NCBI RefSeq assembly: GCF_037042905.1
Contig: NC_087251.1
Location: forward strand, 36,830,001-36,894,000
Reading direction: 5' to 3'
DNA length: 64,000 bases
Source: Lytechinus pictus
Lineage: Eukaryota
A program made the position numbers and the translations under genes. Under the pieces are notes generated by a model. It was given only the letters and a program-made list of their open reading frames with translations. It made no database searches and was not told the origin of the DNA. Shown piece after piece: positions 1 to 11,320 of the stretch; position 1 is the stretch's first letter; each line of letters begins with the position of its first letter.

Positions 1-184
1 AAGCCTGTCAAACCTTCCCCACCAAAAATTCTGAATAAAGCCCCCCATCTCCTAGACTATTAGTGTGGGCATCTCAAATCGTCGCCCGAGAAAAATGGCA
101 GCTAAAATTCGCACCGTACGGACCAAGTTTGCAAGTCTGACTTTGACTGCGCTAAACTCCCTTTTCTTTTGCTGGATCTTTTAA

Positions 185-3146
185 GGACGTTCCACAGTTA
201 TGTTTGTGCGCATCATGATCTGCGCATATTTTACACTCTGCGCGCTGACGTCACAATGGACGAACTTGTGATTAGGTAATGTGAGCTGATTTTTCTCCTT
301 ATCTGCACTAACTGCAGATTTGATGTATTATTTTATGAAGCTAATAAACTGGAATTATTCCATGGACCATTTTTTTTATTCCTCTACAATTTCAAAATAG
401 TTTCTCTGTAGTGCTGCAAAGTATAATGAATATGACCCTAAGTATCAATAAATGGAAAAGTGGTTCGGAATTTTTCCTCACATAGATACTGCTTTTGGCG
501 CGTTTTCGGGTGTCTTAAGAAGCAAGTTTGTTCTAATAAGAGTGCTGATAGTTTGAAAACAAACACATGAACCCATATTTATTAATGTTTGCACCTCTTA
601 GGTACAGTATACTTTCCTCTAAAAGTTTGCAAAGTTTGGTGAAAATGACATGGGTTTTGAATAAAGTGCAGCATTTCTTTTACTTCTCAAGTTTGTTATT
701 AAAATTTGAATTTTTTGAGGTTGAGTATCTTTCCCGCAATTTCTAAGAACTGAAAGTGTTGTTAGACTTAAATGAGCAAACAATTGACAGCAATATAGAT
801 AGATTTTCCATCTTACGGATACAATTATTAATCACATTGCAAAATTAAATGACATTTTCATGGATTTGACTGAGTAGTAGGGCTTTAAACTCAATGTTGC
901 GATCTCGCGAGGTCTAAAAATGCCATATTATTTTGGATGCGCAATTTTTAAGGACATTATCTATTTTGGGTTAATTTTAAGCTCTATAGCAAAAAATCAA
1001 GCACATGGACCCATATTAATTTTTGCATATTTGGAATATTCAGGTGCTAAAGTATCTATATGCAAAGTATGGTGAAAATGACATGGATTTTCAATGTTTG
1101 GGAGCAAGACTACGGAACCACTCGCATTTTAGACGGTATTAACAGACTTTTGCTTGTTTTCGGCGCATTTTGGGCTGTTTCAAGCCAACTGGCAATATTT
1201 TGGACACTGATAATTTGAAAACGAGCACATAGACCCCATAGTTTAAATGTCCTAACTTCTTCAGAATATATTCCTCTACAAATCTAGAGAGTATGATGAA
1301 ATTGATATGGATTTTGAATGTTTGGGAGCAGGACTAAGGAACCATTCGTATTTTGGACATTTTGGATGTTATTAGACTTTTGCCCGTTTTAGGCCCATTA
1401 TAGATTGTTTCAAGCCAACTCGCAACACTTTGGACACTGATAGTTTAAAAACGAGTACATGGACCCCATATTTTTAATATTTTAACGTCTTAAGAATATA
1501 TTCCTCTATAAGTCTAGAGAGTATGATGAAAATGACATGGATTATTAATTTTTGGGAGCAGGACTAAGGAACCATTCATGTTTTAGACATTTTGGACGGT
1601 AATATCAGATTTACTTGTTTTCGGCGCATTTTGGGCTGTTTCAAGCCAACTCGCAACTGTTCAGATACTGATAGCATAAAAACGAGCACATGGACCCCAT
1701 GTTTTTAATATTTTAACGTCATCAGAACATATTCCTCTGAAAATCTAGAGAGTATGATGAAAATGACATGGATTATTAATTTTTGGGAGCAGGACTAAGG
1801 AACCATTCATATTTTAGACAGTAATATCAGACTTTAATATCAGACTTACTTGTTTACGGCGCATTTTGGGCTGTTTCAAGCCAACTCGCAACAGTTTAGA
1901 CACTGATAGCATAAAAATGAGCACATGGACCCCATGTTTTTAATATTTTAACGTCATCAGAATATATTCCTCTGAAAATCTAGTGAGTATGATGAAAATG
2001 ACATGGATTTTTAATGTTTGGGAGCAAAACTACGGAACTATTCGCTTTTAGACGATATTAGACTTTTGCACGTTTTCGGCGCATTTTAGGTGGATTTCAA
2101 TATATTCAAGCCAACTCGCAGCACTTTGGACACTGATAGTTTAAAAACGAGCACATGGACCCCATATTTTTAATATTTTAATGCTTTTAGAATATATTCC
2201 TCTACAAATCTAGAGAGTATGATGAAAATGACATGGATTTTGAATGTTTGGGAGCGAAATATGGAACCATTTGCATTTTAGAGGGTATTAAGAGACTTTT
2301 GCATATTTTCGGCGCTTTTTAGGCGATTTTCAAGCCAACTCGCATCACTTTGGACAGTCATAGTTTAAAAACGAGCAAATGGACCCCATATTTTTAAGAT
2401 TTTAATGTCTTTAGAATACATTATTCTACAAATCTGGAGAGTATGATTAAAATGACATGGATTTTGAATGTTTTGGGGCAAAACTACGGAACCATTCGCA
2501 TTTTAGAAGGCATTATTAGACTTTTGCACGTTTTGGACGCATTTTGGGCGATTTTCATGCCAACTCGCCTCACTTTGGACACTCACAGTTAAAAAACGTG
2601 CACATGGACCTTATATTTTTAACTTCGCTACACCTTCGATATGCATTCCTCTACAATTTAGCCGAATTTGATAAAAATGACATGGATTTTGAAAAAAGTG
2701 CATCTTACAAAATACTTTTTTAATTTTTGAGTAGATTCACGTCTTTGAAGATTTGTTTTTTTTCCGAGTTTTTGCACCATCCTTGCCAAATGAGGGCGCT
2801 GTTGACTGCCAATAGATATAGTTTTACCAATTAAAAGACCTTCTCTTACTTTGGTATACACTTTATTATATATCTTGAGAATTTGATGAAGTTTGATGCG
2901 GTATTCACTGAGTAAAGATGATTTAAACTCATTTGGTGAATTTGTGAGGTCTAAGAGAGGCATAATTCTCTTGATTGCGCAAGATTGCATATCATTCAAA
3001 TACGATGACTTTGAAGACCCGTAGAAAAAATATAAGCACATGAACCTATGTTATATTTTGCATTTTCATAATACATAGATACCAAAGTAACTCTCTGCAA
3101 AATTTGGTGAAAAAGACATGGACTGCATTTTAACTGTGGAACGTCC
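185..3146. mobile_element. Non-autonomous Kolobok-type DNA transposon with internal tandem array
   Basis: Perfect 16-bp TIR GGACGTTCCACAGTTA (185-200) / TAACTGTGGAACGTCC (3131-3146); TTAA TSD at 181-184 and 3147-3150; GG..CC ends fit Kolobok rather than piggyBac; no transposase ORF. Confidence 0.85.
480..3125 (+). repeat. Tandem array of ~224-235 bp units inside the Kolobok-type element
   Basis: Anchor GAAAATGACATGG-like motif at ~641, 1074, 1298, 1528, 1759, 1994, 2224, 2448, 2673 and 3109. Confidence 0.9.
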
Positions 3147-3597
3147 TTAACCAGACGTTGCAGCAATTCAGGGAATTACTGAGGATTGATATCAAATGCC
3201 ACAAGACACTTTTCAAAAGTGATAGTATAATGATTTTTTAATTGTGTGCTGTGTACAGCATTGGCATACCATAGTCCTACCTGTAGATTCCCCACAGGCA
3301 GGATGGTAATGAACCCTTGAGTGGATTTGACCCAAATATGTGCAGTTCACTCAAAAATCATCTAGTACTTTGCAGTGTCCTCTTATATCACTCATTTTCA
3401 ATTATCAGAATGAGAATTTTCTCCATGTAAAAAATGTTACTTAAAATCAATTTTTGAGAAAACAGTTAGCTTGTGTGCATGTCCTTTTACCTTTATCTAA
3501 AGTTTATAAGCATCTGCTTAGATAATCATAACAAACTTGTCTGTAGCTATAAATCATTGACTGATTTCAATTTTATCATTACTTTGTCTCACTGCAG

Positions 3598-3704
3598 GAA
3601 TAGATTTGAAAAAGAATGCAGCATCTAATTTCACAGACCTCACAACTTTAGAGAAGAACAAAGAAATTACATCGATATGCTGGTCTGGAACTGATGAAAG
3701 ACAG
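3598..3704 (+). CDS. WDR74: WDR74/Nsa1 coding exon (first in window; called exon 2 assuming one upstream coding exon)
   Basis: ctgcag acceptor, gtataa donor; (G)IDLKKNAASNFTDLTTLEKNKEITSICWSGTDERQ resembles the WDR74 N-terminal region; phase 1 start, phase 0 end. Confidence 0.85.
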
Positions 3705-4588
3705 GTATAAAAGACTCATATCATGCCTTCTCAGTTCATTCCATTTGTTCATGCTTGAATTAATCTTTTGTAATTTCAGTCTTACTTTTAAAGTATACTT
3801 TTAAGTAAATATTGATTGATTTTTGAGAGGTGTTACTGTGATTAAAAAGACTTTTACTGCAGAGTGTGTGTGTGTTTTAAGTTAGACCTACATGTTTTAT
3901 TAACTTTCTATCACATATGATTGTCTGTAAACAAACCTTGCACAAGTGTGAGTGCATATATGATCATAAATTTTACGCATTATCTGTAATAGCTCAAGAA
4001 AGATCACCAATAAAAATTGTAATGTAAACAACAATAACATTAATAATGATAACTTGGAGTTATACAACAATGGATATCTACATGTATGTCCTTTGAACAC
4101 TGACAAGAGCGACCCCCACATCAGTAATTTGCAGTACAAGGCATGTTTTATAAAGCTGTTCGTAAAGTTATGCAGGATTTTACCAATAACTGGAGTGTTA
4201 AGTGCTAAAATGTAAGCCAAAACCTTTCTTGTCTGAATAAAGGTATGACAAAATTTCATATGATTTCATTTGAGCATTCTATGACAAATAAAGTAATTTG
4301 CACTGTGATTTAATGTTAACAATAATAATGTTGTTCAAGGCCTTAAAGTTCAACATTTTCAGGCAACGCCATTTTTCTACAAGGCACGTTTTGATATTGT
4401 AGCAAAAATAAGAAAAAAAATAATGTCTAAATAAATCTTGAAGGCCAATGATTAAGACATTGATTTGAATCAAAAGGGCATCAATGCCAAATGAATTTAC
4501 ACCCTGGTAAAGTCATGTTAACTAATGAACAGAGCTCTAAGAAAAACCACACTTGTGAACATATTTCCTTGATTCGATTCAATATCAG

Positions 4589-4786
4589 GTTCTTCTTGGT
4601 TTAAGGAATGGCACCGTACGAGTATTTGATCCAAAGAAGATGGTCTATGATGAAGACTTCCTAGAATGTGATACAGACGAAGATGGCCTCTTCAAGGGGT
4701 TAGCTTCCCTTGATGAGGACAGACTCATCACATGTCAAGAATCAGGACTGGTCAGAGTTTGGCAGAAAGGACAGTCAGAACATACA
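4589..4786 (+). CDS. WDR74: WDR74 coding exon 3
   Basis: atcag acceptor, gtaagt donor; 66 codons VLLGLRNGTVRVFD...FKGLASLDEDRLITCQESGLVRVWQKGQSEHT (WD40 repeat). Confidence 0.9.
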
Positions 4787-4849
4787 GTAAGTACATCTGG
4801 CTCTGCATCTATGTGTATTTGGGGTTGTGGTTCTGTCTTGTCTTTCTAT

Positions 4850-5020
4850 CATATGGTCGTGGGTTCAAATGTTAGCTATGGTAAGTTTTCCTTCAGCGAG
4901 AAATTTACGCACATTGTGCTGCACTTAACCCAGGTGAGGTGAATTGGAACTTGGCAGGATTAATTTCTTGAATTCACCGAGCGCTCAAGTGCAGCTTGAG
5001 CTAAAGCCAGGGTAATTGTG
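4850..5020 (+). mobile_element. Degraded tRNA-derived SINE fragment
   Basis: ggtcgtgggttcaaat...tttccttcagc...gtgctgcacttaacccaggtgaggtgaa...gagctaaagccagggtaat matches the SINE copies at 46866 and 51703. Confidence 0.75.
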
Positions 5021-5234
5021 CTAATGAAACTTGGAACAGATGATAATAGATGAAGCTACATTAATGTCTATTTAATATTAATGTTGTTACTACTTGGCTT
5101 GTTCTCTTCCACCTTAATACTTGCTGTTCTTGACAGTGTTATTTTTTATACTCAGTAGAATTATATTATTATCCAACCTAAATCTTGTAAACTTTTCTTT
5201 GCTCCCTGTATTTCTGTTTTTTTTCAACATTTAA

Positions 5235-5792
5235 AGAATGAAGAAACCTTTGGAACAAGATAGCTTGAGTGAAAACAGAAAAATCAAAGAAACAGATCAG
5301 CAAAAGTTTGAGAATAATCAGGCAAATAATGAGAAAGTTATGAGCATTTGAATATTGCGATCCTTAATGCTATGGAGATCCTCAAATTGGCAATGTGACA
5401 AAGATGTGTGATGTCACTTGTGAACAACTCTCCCTATTACTTTAGTATACATTTCACTTAAATTGCCTCTTATCACACCTATCAGTAGATCATGTGTTTT
5501 TTCTATAGGAGGGCATGTAATACAGATTTTTTAAGAATACATCATGGATAAAGAGTTTGTATCACCATAAGGGTATTTTATAGTCCATCAAAGGGAAAGT
5601 TGTTCACATGTGACATCACACATCCTTGTCGCATTGCCAATAGGAGGATCTCCATAGCAGTAGTGATTGCAATATTCAAATGCTCATAACTTTCTCATTA
5701 TTTGTCCGATTTTTCTCAAACTTTCTTTGTTCTTATTCTTTGATTTTTCTGTTTCGACACAAGCCTACTTGTTCCAAAGTTTTCATTTCCCT
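5235..5792. mobile_element. Kolobok-type MITE with long TIRs
   Basis: TTAA|AG...CT|TTAA; ~200-bp imperfect inverted arms (tttggaacaag/cttgttccaaa; gagaaagttatgagcatttgaatattgc/gcaatattcaaatgctcataactttctc). Confidence 0.8.
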
Positions 5793-6110
5793 TTAATAAT
5801 GCTTTATGAAGTTGCCCAATATTATAAAGTTACAGCACTGTGATTTTTCCCTTGTAATTCTTCATTATTCGGGTTCATGGCCCAAAAATATCTTGGTGCA
5901 AAGATCTTATGGTAATTTGCAAATAAATGCTTAATTTCAACTCTTGTCATTCCCACTCCCTTTCTTTCTCTCTATTTTCACCCCACTTCTCTCTCTCTCC
6001 CTCTCTCTCTTTCTGCCCCACTCTTTTCTCTCTTTATCTTTTTTTCTCAATTCACTCTCCCTTGTATCTCTCACCCTTCCCGTTCTCTTTCCAACCACCC
6101 CTCCTTGAAG

Positions 6111-6254
6111 ACTGAAATTAAAGCTGGTGCCAACTTGAGTAGGATGAGACAGAATCCACATAGGAGGCAGTGTATAGCAACAGGTGGAAAGGAGAACGAC
6201 CTCAAAGTATGGGATCTTGAACATTCCGCTGAGCCAATATTCAAGGCAAAAAAT
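6111..6254 (+). CDS. WDR74: WDR74 coding exon 4
   Basis: Long pyrimidine tract plus aag acceptor, gtgagt donor; TEIKAGANLSRMRQNPHRRQCIATGGKENDLKVWDLEHSAEPIFKAKN carries the WDR74 ATGGKEN and FxAKN motifs. Confidence 0.93.
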
Positions 6255-6481
6255 GTGAGTAAGGTGGTTCTCTATGGCCACAGACTAACAGATTCATTGT
6301 TTTTTGTGACAGGTTAAGGACTTGTTTGAAATCAGTAACACAACATATTCGGCCCAAACATTCCAGCAGAAAACTCAGGGTTGATTAGGTCAGCCAGTAA
6401 TATAGTGTTAATTACTAAAACTTAAAAGGCACATTCCTTTAAATTCAAGATGGGGGTTTGTTATAATGCAAAATAATCACT

Positions 6482-7688
6482 GACATCGTATCCAGAGCAA
6501 GTAAAAAACTGTACATGATTCGTAGTCTGAAAAAGTTCAACCTCTCTAGAAAAGACCGGCTAGCTATCTACGACCCATACTAGAGTACTGTGCACCTGTG
6601 TGGCACTCGTCCATAACAGCAAATGAATCAAAACAAATAGAATCTATCCAGAAAAGAGCATTGCGTATCATTTTTGGCAAATATTATTACTCATATGATA
6701 ATGCACTTTCATCTTCTGGCCTTACAACCTTGTATGACAGACGTGTCACTTTGTGTATGAAATTTGCACTGTCCCTTGAAAGTTCTTTCCCCATCGGCTA
6801 CCCCCCAAACAATCCGAATTTAGAGCCCTCCGAAAGAGTGAGAAATATAGACTGACGAAGTGCCGCACAGAACGATACAAGAAAAGTACCATGCCCTATC
6901 TAATCAGGCTTTTAAATGATAGATGAGTAACACATACATGTATAATGTTTCCATGCAGTTTAAATGTGCTATGTATTTCCCCAAATGAATTGATCTTATA
7001 ATGTATTAATTACCCTTTTTATATCCATGTTGAATATTATAAATTTCCTATGTAGGTTCAAGTAATTATATATTCGTTTATATTGCAAACACCAGACAAA
7101 CGAAACAATTGCCAATTTTACAAATTATGCCTTTATCCTATTTTGAAACAATACCCCATTTATTTTGAAACTTAAATAATAATTTGCTGAAAGATGTTTG
7201 TTAACCCCCCCCCTCCCGTTCCATATATCTTTATCTCCATTATGTTGAACCTTTTCGATTTTTTTGTTCAGCAGGACCGTTTTTCTTCTTTACGTTCTAC
7301 TTGTAAATGCTCCATCAATTATATGTACATGTATATTTTTCTGTAACTCCTGCCAGTAGGCCTACTCATAATTACATGTAGCATCACTTCTTATATCCGC
7401 TTCCTTACACACACTCAACTTATCATTACTCTAATTTTGGAATCATTATTGTTCATTGAAATTATTACGGTTAATTGAAATTAGTACTGCAAATTAGAAT
7501 CATTATTATTGTAAACTTGAATTATCACTGTATATTTGAATTATTATGGTTAAATTGAATTAAGATTATTATTGTAATTGAGATTTTATTCATGTCTATG
7601 TGCAATTTATATGTTTTTATTGTAAATTCAACGGCAATTCAGCCTTCGTGGCTGCTAAATTGAATAAAAATATATCTTGAATCTTGAA
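6482..7688 (+). mobile_element. 5'-truncated LINE (CR1/L2/Rex1 group), ORF2 C-terminus plus 3' UTR
   Basis: DIVSRASKKLYMIRSLKKF.., (RP)ILEYCAPVWHSSITANESKQIESIQKRALRII, RTERYKKSTMPYLIRLLN* with frameshifts; 3' end aattcagcc..ggctgc..aataaa plus (atcttga)2 tail. Confidence 0.85.
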
Positions 7689-8089
7689 AATGAGCAGTAT
7701 ATTTGATATTACTTGCTGTTTGTCGTACTCCCATCATATTTTTCTTTGTTGGTCATTGATCAACAAGGCTACCGGTAATTGCTCTATTTTGTACATCCCT
7801 CATTGAACATTGATTGTTTTTGTTGTTGTTGTTGTTTGCGCTTTATGTTAAGTTGTATTTCAATACCTTGAATATTCATTTCTATAACTATGTATTTATA
7901 TGTTGAGCATTTCTACACTTGCATGTATTGACTTGTATCTATGCTTTTATGAAGAATGTTATAAAATCGATACAAATCTTTGTGAATTTTGGTTGATTAA
8001 TATTTCCACCCCAATCCCATCAGCACATCATTGTATATAACAAGAAACTCATAGTCTGTATTTTGCATTTAATTGTTTTGCATCACTAG

Positions 8090-8191
8090 GTGAGGAATGA
8101 TTTCCTAGACCTAAGAGTTCCTGTATGTGTGAATGACATGCAGTTTCTTGCTAATTCATCAAAGATTGTAACCTGTACAGGCCATCATCAG
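8090..8191 (+). CDS. WDR74: WDR74 coding exon 5
   Basis: ctag acceptor, gtcagt donor; VRNDFLDLRVPVCVNDMQFLANSSKIVTCTGHHQ (NDxLDLRVP signature of WDR74/Nsa1); absent from the ORF track. Confidence 0.95.
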
Positions 8192-8338
8192 GTCAGTATT
8201 AAACATACTTTCTTGAATTTAATTTAAAGGATCTCTTTTATTCTGTACAAGAGAAATTGGCAAGAAGATGACAAAGCAGAAGGAGAATAAAAAGAATAAA
8301 GAGAAGAAAGTGGAGAGGAAGAGGGTGATATCATTATA

Positions 8339-8875
8339 CAGTGCGTCCCAGAAAAAAAGGAAAACCGGGATTCCCATGTATTTTTCTCCAAAGGCAAATA
8401 AATTATAATATTTCATTTACATAATCATATAATTCAATTATCCCTCTTTATTCTGATACCTAACATGAGACGAACACTTCACGCATTAATGAGCAAGACG
8501 AGTTTGAAATTTTAATGTCAAAACAAAGTTGCGCAGAAAAATTGAACTAGATTGGTTCGAGATACGACGACCGTGCTTAATCGACGATTGGCTCATTAGC
8601 ATTTCTTTTGTAATCTTTGTTAAGATTCTCTCACTGATCCCTAAAATGAGAGTAGATTCGGATTCACACATCAGTTTCTGTGTAAAATTGTTTATGATAT
8701 GCCTCAATATTTATTGTTAGTAATCTGCCATGCGTGAATGACTTGCTTAGCTGTTGGTTTCGAATATGAGATGAGATCCCACTCTTTCCATGGGTATAAA
8801 ATTTATAGTAAAAACATGTTTTAAATGTGAAATCTTCTTTCTGAAAGCGGGTTTCCTTATTTGTGGGACGCATTG
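8339..8875. mobile_element. Tc1/mariner-type MITE
   Basis: TA|CAGTGCGTCCCA...TGGGACGCATTG|TA. Confidence 0.8.
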
Positions 8876-9541
8876 TATATGTATTGAATTTAAAAGCCTT
8901 TGTAAAACTTTGTTACAAGACTAAAGTGGCCTTTGGTTTTGTTTCCATGGGTGAGTCTTTGTGAGAATTTGAAATGGATTTTAGAGGTATCTAGCACCCT
9001 CTCTCGGTATTTTTTTTCATTAACCCGACCAAAATGAATAAAACTACATGTTATTTTGTTTTTGGTATGAAACCACTTCTTAACCATGGAATGGACTGCA
9101 GATTCAGGATGTAATCTTTGTAGCTTTCTGATGTGCAATCACTTAATTTGTAAGATAAGTGTTCAAAGTGGTCTATAAAAAATTAATAAATGAAAAACAC
9201 AGAAAGTGGGTGCTAAATACCCTCAAAGCTAATATCTCAATTTTCATAAAAGATCTAAAAGATCACTTAATGAAAAAGAGCTTCAAAAGCTACTTTAATT
9301 TTGTAAGATTGGAATGCAATACTTGAGTATAATTTACATTACGCTTAAAGTAGTTCTTACTGTAATGTTTTCTAACAAAAAGAGTGCATATGTTATACTT
9401 GTGAGAATCAGAAGTATGTAAACCATGCTCCTCATACAAATATAAAAGTAAACTGTGCTCTTTATCATGAAAGTGCATTTCTCATTGAAAATATAATTAC
9501 TAAAATATAGAATCCTTTATATTTTCTCTCTTAAACAATAT

Positions 9542-9845
9542 GGCCCGTATTCTGAAATCGGGTTAATTTAAAACTGGTTTAAAGTTGTGGTTTAACTATG
9601 GATAGCCAATAGTGGCATAAATCTCTAACAGTATAATTTCAATGTATCAGCTCATTTTTCTATCAAATCATTTTTAACTGTTTCGGAAGGATAAATAGGA
9701 TAGCTCTCTTCACCATTCATGAGTTAGGAAAGAGAACAGTAAACCTGAGAAACATGCAATGTAAGTTTGACATTTTTGGCTTTCCGTGATTTTAGCACAG
9801 ATTTAGACCATGATCTAAGTTAAACCCGACATCAGAATACAGGCC
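9542..9845. mobile_element. Harbinger-like MITE
   Basis: TIR GGCCCGTATTCTGA..TCGGGTT / AACCCGAC.TCAGAATACAGGCC; a second copy starts at 43585. Confidence 0.75.
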
Positions 9846-9885
9846 TATGTCTCTTTCTAATTTCTGATTTTTCTTATTTACGTAG

Positions 9886-9986
9886 GTGAGGTTATATGAT
9901 CCCAGTGCAACACAGAGAAGACCTGTTCTTGATATTTCATTTGATGAATATCCTCTTGTCTCAATGGCATTAGTTCCTGGTGATAA
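9886..9986 (+). CDS. WDR74: WDR74 coding exon 6
   Basis: cgtag acceptor, gtgagt donor; VRLYDPSATQRRPVLDISFDEYPLVSMALVPGD(N) (YD..QRRPV motif); ends phase 2. Confidence 0.95.
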
Positions 9987-10044
9987 GTGAGTATAATTCA
10001 CTCGATGACTCTCTTTCATGAAGCATGTTATCAATAATAATAAT

Positions 10045-10230
10045 AATATGCAACATTTATATAGTTCTTAATGCAATGTTTCTATGCGGTGTATACTATA
10101 ACCCAGGCTTTAGCACGGCTAACCGGATCGGATGCTTGAGCATTCAAGGAATTTCTTCCCACCGGGTACCCATTTACTACACATGGCATGGGTGGAGAGT
10201 GGCAAATGTGGATAAACGCCTTGCCAGAGG
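10045..10230 (-). mobile_element. SINE 3' portion
   Basis: (taa)n tail, ccgggtacccattt and aatgtggataaa segments are the reverse complement of the SINE body. Confidence 0.6.
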
Positions 10231-10335
10231 ATACTATCTACTGTGCTACATCACCTCAAGTTACATGCACATATTATAAGCTCTTTAAATTCTGTACTTT
10301 GATTGGTGTAGAGAAAATGTCATAGATTCCTCCCG

Positions 10336-11320
10336 TTTTTGTCTCACCTGCATAGCAGAGTGAGACTATAGGCGCCGCTTTTCCGACGGCGACGGCGGCG
10401 GCGGCGGCGGCGGCGGCGACGGCGGCGTCAACACCAAATCTTAACCTGAGGTTAAGTTTTTGAAATGACAGCCTAACTTAGAAAGTATATGGACCTAGTT
10501 CATGAAACTTGGCCATAAGGTTAATCAAGTATTACTGAACATCCTGCCTGAGTTTCATGTCACATGACCAAGGTCAAAGGTCATTTAGGGTCAATGAACT
10601 TAGACCATGTTGGGGGAATCAACATCAAAATCTTAACCTAAGGTTAAGTTTTTGAAATGTCATCATAACTTAGAAAATATATGGACCTAGTTCATGAAAC
10701 TTATACATAAGGTTAATCAAGTATCACTGAACATCCTGCATGAGTTTCACGTCACATGACCAAGGTCAAAGGTCATTTAGGGTCAATGAACTTTGGCCGA
10801 ATTGGGGGTATCTGTTGAATTACCATCATAACTTTGAAAGTTTATGGATCTGATTCATGAAACTTGGACATAATAGTAATCAAGTATTACTGAACATCCT
10901 GTGCAAGTTTCAGGTCACATGATCAAGGTCAAAGGTCATTTAGGGTCAATGAACTTTGGCCAAATTGGGGTATTTGTTGAATTACAGCCATAAATTTGAA
11001 AGTGTGTTGGTCTAGTTCATAAAACTTGGACATAATAGTAATCAAGTATCACTGAACATCCTGTGCGAGTTTCAGGTCACATGATCAAGGTCAAAGGTCA
11101 TGTAAGGTCAAAGAACTTTGGCCACGTTGGGGGTATTTGTTGAATTGCCATCATATCTCTATAAGTGTATTGGTCTAGTTCATAAAACGTGGAAATACAT
11201 GTAAGAGTAACCAAGTATCACTGAACATCTTGTGCGAGTTATAGTAGTTTTCAAAATCAGCACTGCTGCTATATTGAATCGCGTGATGCAGGTGAGACGG
11301 CCAGAGGCATTCCACTTGTT
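10336..11320 (+). mobile_element. Helentron/DINE-1-like (HINE) non-autonomous element, copy 1
   Basis: TTTTT-GTCTCACCTGCA 5' subTIR with adjacent GTGAGAC fold-back, (GGC)n microsatellite, 162-192 bp tandem units, 3' subTIR TGCAGGTGAGAC, small hairpin, CTTGTT end; no TSD. Confidence 0.8.

Noticed and set aside
95..184. ATG ORF MAAKIRTVRTKF... as WDR74 exon 1
   Set aside because: It stops at TAA (182-184), has no suitable donor and does not resemble the WDR74 N-terminus
1000..2700. Regularly spaced repeats as a CRISPR array or a C/D snoRNA cluster (ATGATGA...CTGA per unit)
   Set aside because: Whole units are homologous, with no unique spacers; eukaryotic context; the box-like words have no terminal stem or evident guide and lie inside a transposon satellite
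2658..3041. 127-aa minus-strand ORF as a transposase
   Set aside because: It lies in divergent tandem units and has no recognisable DDE or THAP features
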